NCBI RefSeq assembly: GCF_036321535.1
Contig: NC_087448.1
Coordinates: 68,696,001 to 68,760,000 of the forward strand
Reading direction: 5' to 3'
DNA length: 64,000 bases
Origin: Camelus dromedarius
Lineage: Eukaryota
A model generated the notes under the pieces. The model did no database searches. It was given only the letters and a program-made list of their open reading frames with translations, and was not told the origin of the DNA. The position numbers and the translations under genes were made by a program. Shown here piece by piece: positions 57,831-64,000 of this stretch; position 1 is the first letter of the stretch; each line of letters begins with the position of its first letter.

Positions 57831-58779
57831 TCACCAAAGCTTTAGCTAAACCACTGAAGCGCTGAGTGTGGGCGGCTGCAGGGAGCCCCCCACCTCTGCT
57901 TCCCCGTCGGGCGGGGCCCAGCACAGCTCATCACCATCTCGAGCTTCTTCATTTGTCCTTATGTCCTTGGTGTCTCTCTTTATTTACCATAGCGCTGATT
58001 TTCTGGTCTGTGTCCTTGAACTGTTAACTCACTGACTTCCAAGGATTTTGACCAAACCCATAGCACAAAATGCATTATGTTATGGTCTTTTTACAGAAAT
58101 TTGTTTATGTGCCTTTAGGGGTGTGAGTGTGTGTAAAACTGAAGCAACAGTGCGGAGACTAGACGCTCCCCTCAGCGTGTGCGGTGTGCTCGTGTTTTCT
58201 GTTTTGTTTTTTAAGTGCTTGTCACAACCTACTGCACTGACGTCACAAACCACTAGTAGAAAACGGCACCACGGCTAAAAACCACCATGTGAGCTTCTGT
58301 CGCCCCATTATTTTGCTTATTCCACCTTTCTTTTCCAAGTCAGCTGTAAACCCTTTTCAAGTGGAGATGCTTTACAACTAAACAATTCAGAAAGAAAACC
58401 ACTCCCGCGTAATCGCAGCACCGCCATTTCTCCTCCCGTGCCACGTGTGTCAGTTCAGTTGGCAGACACCATCTTTCAGGAAGGATGGGCACGTGCGTGC
58501 GTAGAAGATGACGTAACGCAGTCTGGGATGCTCTGTTCACGGCTGCCCTGGGGAGTGAGAAGTGGCATTTTATCTGGGCGTGGTCACTTGTAACTCAGAT
58601 TCCGCCCCAGCCCGTGTGGGAGGAGAGAGAGGGACACGTGATGGAGGTGGGTGCAGAAGGCAGCAGCCTGCGCTTACCTGATGGTAGGGAGAGCTTGGTG
58701 TGGGCTGTCGGTGGTGGTGGGAAATCGGGAGGTGGGGGCGGCTGTTCGTGGTGGAAAGTCAGGTCAGGATCTGGAAAAT

Positions 58780-58980
58780 CAGATGCATGCTTCCTGTTAC
58801 ATCTGCGCAGAGGCTTTTATGTGATCCTGGAGGGAGTAGGGGACCTCAGAGGTCTTAAGTTTGTGATCAGAGTAGTGACATGAGCAGATGGAAACTGAGG
58901 GGAAAAGTTCGTGTTTCACTCTGGAGCAGGCGTTGGAGAGAGGGGACAGAGACTGAGGGCGGGGAGAGAAGGATCTATGC
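58780..58980 (-). mobile_element. L2 fragment
   Basis: ggcttttat..gagggagtaggggacc..gtagtgacatga..ttcactctggagcag..ggagag. Confidence 0.6.
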
Positions 58981-59619
58981 AAGTAATAGGTGAAAAATAT
59001 AAAAACGTAGTGAACTTACCATACTCTTAAAAATAATCAGTTTTTATTTGTAAAAATAATCTACCTGGTCATTTTGATAATGTATTATTCTCTCCTATCT
59101 CAGTAGTGTTTTCACAGAGTCTTTTTTAAAAATGTGTTTGTATCCAGCGTTTCGGCTGCTTCATGCAGGAGGGCTGCTGGGAGCGGCAGGCGCGCCGCGT
59201 GGCAGAGCCCAGGCCCCTCCAGCCGGTTCCTCCGCCTCTCCTCCGCGGGCTTCGGTTGTGCTTCTGCGCACTGTTGTGCTGGGAGACCGCCTTCGTGTTT
59301 TTACTCCCTCCTCTTCCTGCTGTTTCTGGTGTGGTTGGTTTTAGTTTTGGTTTTTGACGTTTACAATTGCATGTTTATCACAAGAGCTGATGCTGCTTCT
59401 TTCTTTGATTGTGTTTAATGAAGGCAACTTTTTTTTGGTTACAAAAATAAATGCACATAGAACCTGTCCTAAAGGTCTTACGAGCCAGGCAAGAAATGAT
59501 GAGGTTCTAAACCTGGGCATGGATGGTAAGCACGTATATAAGAGAAAAAATATAAGAAATACACTGAGGTAAAACTGTCAGGATTTGAGGACTGACTGAC
59601 TCTTCCCTAAACACTGTCT

Positions 59620-60280
59620 GCCATCACCACTTAATATTGTATTATAGGTTTTATCCAGAGCAATTAGGCAAGAAAAAGAAATAAAAGGCATGCAGACTGG
59701 AAAGGAAGAAGTAAAAATATCTCTTATTGTGAATGACGTGACCTTGTACATTGAAAATCCTAAGGAATCCACAAAAATTTAGAGTTAATAAACAGATTCA
59801 GCAAGGTTACAGGATATAAGATCAAAAACAAAAGTCAATTATGTGTCTGCACTCTATCAATAAACAACCCCTAAATTAGGAAAACAGTTCACTTTATAAT
59901 AGCACCAAAAAGAATAAAATACTTAGGCATAAATTTAACAAAACAGTTTAATACTTATATAATGTAAAACCATAAAATACCACTGAAAGAAGTAAAAGAA
60001 GACCTAAATAAATGGAAGTATGTCCTGTGTTCATGGACTGGAAGACTTCTTGGTTAAGGTGGTTATAGCCCCCCCCCCCGCCCGATTGACCTGCAGATTC
60101 AATAAATCACTGATGAAATCTCAGCTGCCTTTTTTGTAGAAATGACAAGCTGATTATAAAATTCTTAACAGAAATGCAAGGGACCCAGAGTAGCCAAAAC
60201 AATCTTGAAAAAGAAGAAAGAGGTGGGAGGACTCCCATTTTGGATTTCAAAACTTACTGCAAATCTCAGGAATCAAGACT
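59620..60280 (+). mobile_element. L1 ORF2 fragment (C-terminal RT region), inactivated
   Basis: agcaattaggcaagaaaaagaaataaaaggcat..ggaaaggaagaagtaaaa..gaaaatcctaagga..ttcagcaaggttacaggata..ttgaaaaagaagaa. Confidence 0.92.
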
Positions 60281-60284
60281 GGAA

Positions 60285-62920
60285 TTTTGAGAGTGCAGTC
60301 ACCAAAATGGTGACCTAGGAGACCCCAGTCGTGGTCCGCCAACGAAGACCAACAATTAGAGAGCTACCCATGAACAAAAACCGCTCCAGAGAGCCCTGGA
60401 GTCCACTTAATAAAAACCTGAGACCAAGCGCACAGGAAGAGCAGGCAGCCTCTCTACTTCATCACGCGCCCCCGCCCCGTAACTGAAGACCTCAGTAGAG
60501 AGCTTCAGGAGGCTTGCCCAAGCAGAAGAAGGAATCAGCTGGAAGACAGATCAATCGAAATTATCCAGTCAGGGGACCGAAAAGTACAAAGAATGAAATC
60601 AAATGAAGAAATCCTACAGACTTAATGGGACACCATCAAGAGAAGTGATGCGTGCATCACTGGAGTCCCTGAGGAGAGGAGAGGGAGCAAGGGGGAGACA
60701 GTTTGTTTAAAGACAGAGTGGCTGAGAACATCCCAAACCTGAGGAGAGATCGGACTCCCAAGCCCCTGAAGCTGGCAGGTCGCTTTAAAATTTCAGTCCA
60801 AAACAGTTTTTTTTTTCCCCCAAGATACCAAAATAAAGAATTTTTAAAGGAACAAGAGAAAAGATGTCTCTCATACAAGGGAATCCCATAAAGTTTTTAG
60901 TGGACTTCTCAACAGAGACCTTACAGACAGGAGAGACTAGGATGATGTGTTCAAAGTGCTGAAAGAAACTGCCAACTAAGAATACGTTACCCAGCAAAGT
61001 TGTCCTTCAGAAATGAAGGTGAGATAAAGACTTCCCTTATAAACGAAAGCTGAAGGGAGTCATCACCACTGACTCCGCTTTACACAACTAAACCTGAAAG
61101 GAATTCTTCAAGCTGAAAGGAAACAAGGCTAATTAGTAACAGAAACATAGGAAAATATACAAAATACTGGTAAAGACAAGCATACAGTCAGATTCAGGAA
61201 GCCCTTTATATTGTAATGCGCCGTTAACCACTGAACTCTAGTATAAAGGTTAAAAGACAGAAGTATTAAAAACAGCCTTAGCTACAATAATTTGTTGATG
61301 CACAATATAAAGAGATGTAAATTGTGACATCAAAAATGTAAGGAGTAAAAGGGTAAACTTTCTGTGATCTAAGTCAGATTGTTTTCTGTGTAAAATAGAC
61401 AGTTATATCTATAACATGTTTTATGTAAACCTCAGGGTAATCACAAAGCATGAACCTACAGCAGACTCACAAAAGATAAGGAGAATGGAATCAAAGCACA
61501 CGACTACTACAGAAAGCCATCAAATTACAAAGGAAATCAGTAATTAAAGAACAAAAGGAAACTAAAAATGAGCCAGAAAAACAATAAGATAGAATTAAAA
61601 AGTCCCCGCTGATCAATAACCACTCTAAATGTAAATGGACTGAATGCTCCAATCAAAAGACATGGAGTGTCTGGAGGATAAAAAAAAACACAAGACCCAA
61701 CAATATGCTGCTGTGAAAGACTCACTTCAGCTTTAAGGACACAAAGGCTCAGTGTGAAGGGATGAGAAAAGATACTCCATGCAAGTGGAAAACGGGAGAA
61801 CAGGGGGTAGCTATGCTTAACCACACAAAAGAGACTTTAAGCCAAAAATGGTAACAAGAGACAAGGTTACTACATAATGATAAAGCAGTCAGTCATCAAG
61901 AAAATATAACTCTCATAAATACACGTCCCCACCATCAGAGCACCTCAGTGTGGTAAGCGCATACTAACACATCTGAAGGAAGAAACAGACAACCATATGA
62001 TAATGAGGGAATTCAGTACTCCACTCTCACCAACAGAATGATCGTTCCGACAGAAAATCAACAGGAAAACGGTGGACTTGAACTATATTTTATATCAGAT
62101 GAACCTAACAGATACATAGAGAACATTCCTTTGAACTGCGGCAAAATAATGTATTCTTCTCAAGTGCACGTGTGACGTTCTCCAGCACTGGCCACATGAT
62201 AGGTTACAAAACAAATCTTAGCAAATTTAAGAAGACTGAAGTCATACCAGGTATCTTTTCTGACCAAAATGCCATGAAACTAGAAACCAACAGGAGGAAG
62301 CCTGGGAAATTCACAAATATGTGGAAATTAAACAACATACTCCTGAAAAACCAATGAGTCAAAGAAACCAAAAGGAAATTTTTAAAAATATTGAAACAAA
62401 ACTGTAAGCACAACATATCAAAACATACGGGATGGTGCAAAAGCAGTTTTAAGAGGGGAGTTTATAACCACAAACATCTACATTTAAGAAAAAAAGAGCT
62501 CAAGTAACCTAACTTTACATGTCAAGGAACTACAGGAAGAACAAAAAAAGAAAACAAAATTAAACTCAGGATTAGCAGAAGGGAGGAAATAAAAATGAGA
62601 GCAGAAATAGAGACAAAAAAGACAGTAGGAAAGATCAGAGAAACTAAGCTGGTTCTTCTGAAAAGAGGAAATAGATGACTGTTAGTTAGACTTAACTGTT
62701 AGACTCACATGGTACTACAAGTGAAAGAGGAGACGGTTACAGCTGATAGTACAAAAATGCAATGGAGCATAAATTATGAAAATTATACATGGATTTGGAC
62801 AATGTAGAAGAAATGGATAGATTTCTAGAAACATAGAACCTGTCAAAATCGAATCATGAAGAAATCTGAAATCTGAACACACCTAGTAAGTAAAGTGATT
62901 GAATGAGGCATCAAAATTCT
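60285..62920 (+). mobile_element. L1 5' UTR remnant, ORF1 3' part and ORF2 endonuclease region, inactivated
   Basis: caaaatggtg 5' end; ORF1-like ggacaccatcaagag..gctgagaacatcccaaacctg; EN-like actctaaatgtaaatggactgaatgctccaatcaaaagaca; many frameshifts and stops. Confidence 0.9.
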
Positions 62921-63200
62921 CCCAGCAAACAACATGCTACGGCGTGGATGACCCTGGCAGTGTGCTCAGTGGAAGAAGCCAGACACAAAATGCCACTTAT
63001 TATAGGCGTCTGTTCATGTGAAACGTTCAGAACAGGCAAGTCCATGGAGACAGAAAGTAGAAGGTGTATCGGGGGCCAGGGGGAAGGAGAGTGCAGTGTG
63101 GGCTGATGGGGATGGGGTTTCTTCTGGGGGGTAATGAAAATGTTCTGGAATTAGACAGTGGTCACGGTGGCACAGCTTTGCGACTAGACTGGAACCTGGC
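62921..63200 (+). mobile_element. L1MB-type 3' UTR
   Basis: catgctac..gaagccagacacaaaa..ccatggagacagaaagtaga..gggtaatgaaaatgttctggaattagacagtgg. Confidence 0.85.
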
Positions 63201-63863
63201 TACTGTTGTGTGGAATGAGCTGTCATGCCCTACAGTAACCTGTAGATCTAGAAGGAAATATAAGGCCATCGGTTCGTTTCAGCCTTAAACAAATTGCTCA
63301 CAGCTGACCCTTCTGAAGATTCCACCTTGAACTTTCAAACTTAGGAAATCTGAGAGGAGAGGAGCCCAGGGCTCCTGTCACTACAACGTTGTACAGAATG
63401 CTTGTTGATACTATTTTTGTGTGAAAACTTTTATAATACTACTAGGTGCTGCTTTTTTTTAATAGTGACTGCAAATTTTTCACTTGTTTCGAGTGAAAGT
63501 TTGGCATCACCCAGGTTTTCCATCTGTTTCAACCATAAATATAGCAGTTTCTTTTTTGTAAGAAATTGCTAAAAGCTTTAACATCAGGAATTTTGGAAAT
63601 TCTTCAGACAAGACAGTCAGGAAGGATTGATGACATGTTGAGAGAAAGCAGGCAGCCCTCATTTCAGATCAGTCACATATTTTATTTCTGTCAGTTACTC
63701 CGTACAAAATGCAGGTACTAACATGACCTCCAGATGCCGGAGCATCGTGCACCCTGGGCTGCACTTGTGTGCTGCTGCTCTGTGTGCCTGGCAGGTGCCC
63801 CGGTCCCACAGGGTGGGGCTGGGGCGGGTACCGTGTGCTCCTGGGGGGAGGGTGTTCTTACCT

Positions 63864-64000
63864 TTTTTTTTTTTTAATTTCATGGTTATTTATTTTTTTA
63901 GTTGGAGTATAGTCAGTTTACAACGGTGTGTCAATTTCTGGTGTACAGTGTGATGTTTTAATCATACATGTACATACATATATTCCTTTTCATATTCTTT
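63864..64000 (-). mobile_element. Recent camelid-type L1 3' end (runs off the window)
   Basis: gtatagtcagtttacaacggtgtgtcaatttctggtgtacag; same family as the copy at 1452. Confidence 0.85.

Noticed and set aside
61550-62900. Active L1 ORF2
   Set aside because: Multiple stops and frameshifts; the RT core is missing downstream
49795-64000. Search for MIPEP exons 17-19 (AWQLRFSHLVGYGA...)
   Set aside because: Not found; intron 16 is long in the human gene as recalled, so their absence is not evidence of truncation

Overview
This is mammalian genomic DNA, most consistent with a camelid, based on four copies of a Vic-1-like tRNA-derived SINE and recent artiodactyl-type L1 3' ends. The window holds one protein-coding gene on the + strand: MIPEP (mitochondrial intermediate peptidase, M3 zinc metallopeptidase family). 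Coding exons 1-16 (1809 nt, 603 codons) join into one uninterrupted frame with GT-AG introns and include HEMGH and the downstream Glu ligand. Exons 17-19 were not found and presumably lie beyond the window. The remainder is a CpG-island promoter plus introns filled with decayed MaLR/ERVL LTRs, L1, L2, MIR, MER5A, SINEs and a minisatellite. I found no new multi-gene system. The best leads are: (1) a remodelled, shortened presequence built from a 12-nt tandem repeat, with an in-frame Kozak-context GTG upstream; (2) fine-scale GC mosaicism with AT-to-GC drift in exons, amino acids and repeats, suggestive of GC-biased gene conversion; (3) several unannotated candidate cassette or poison exons. Comparisons with human MIPEP and repeat consensuses are from memory and need alignment.
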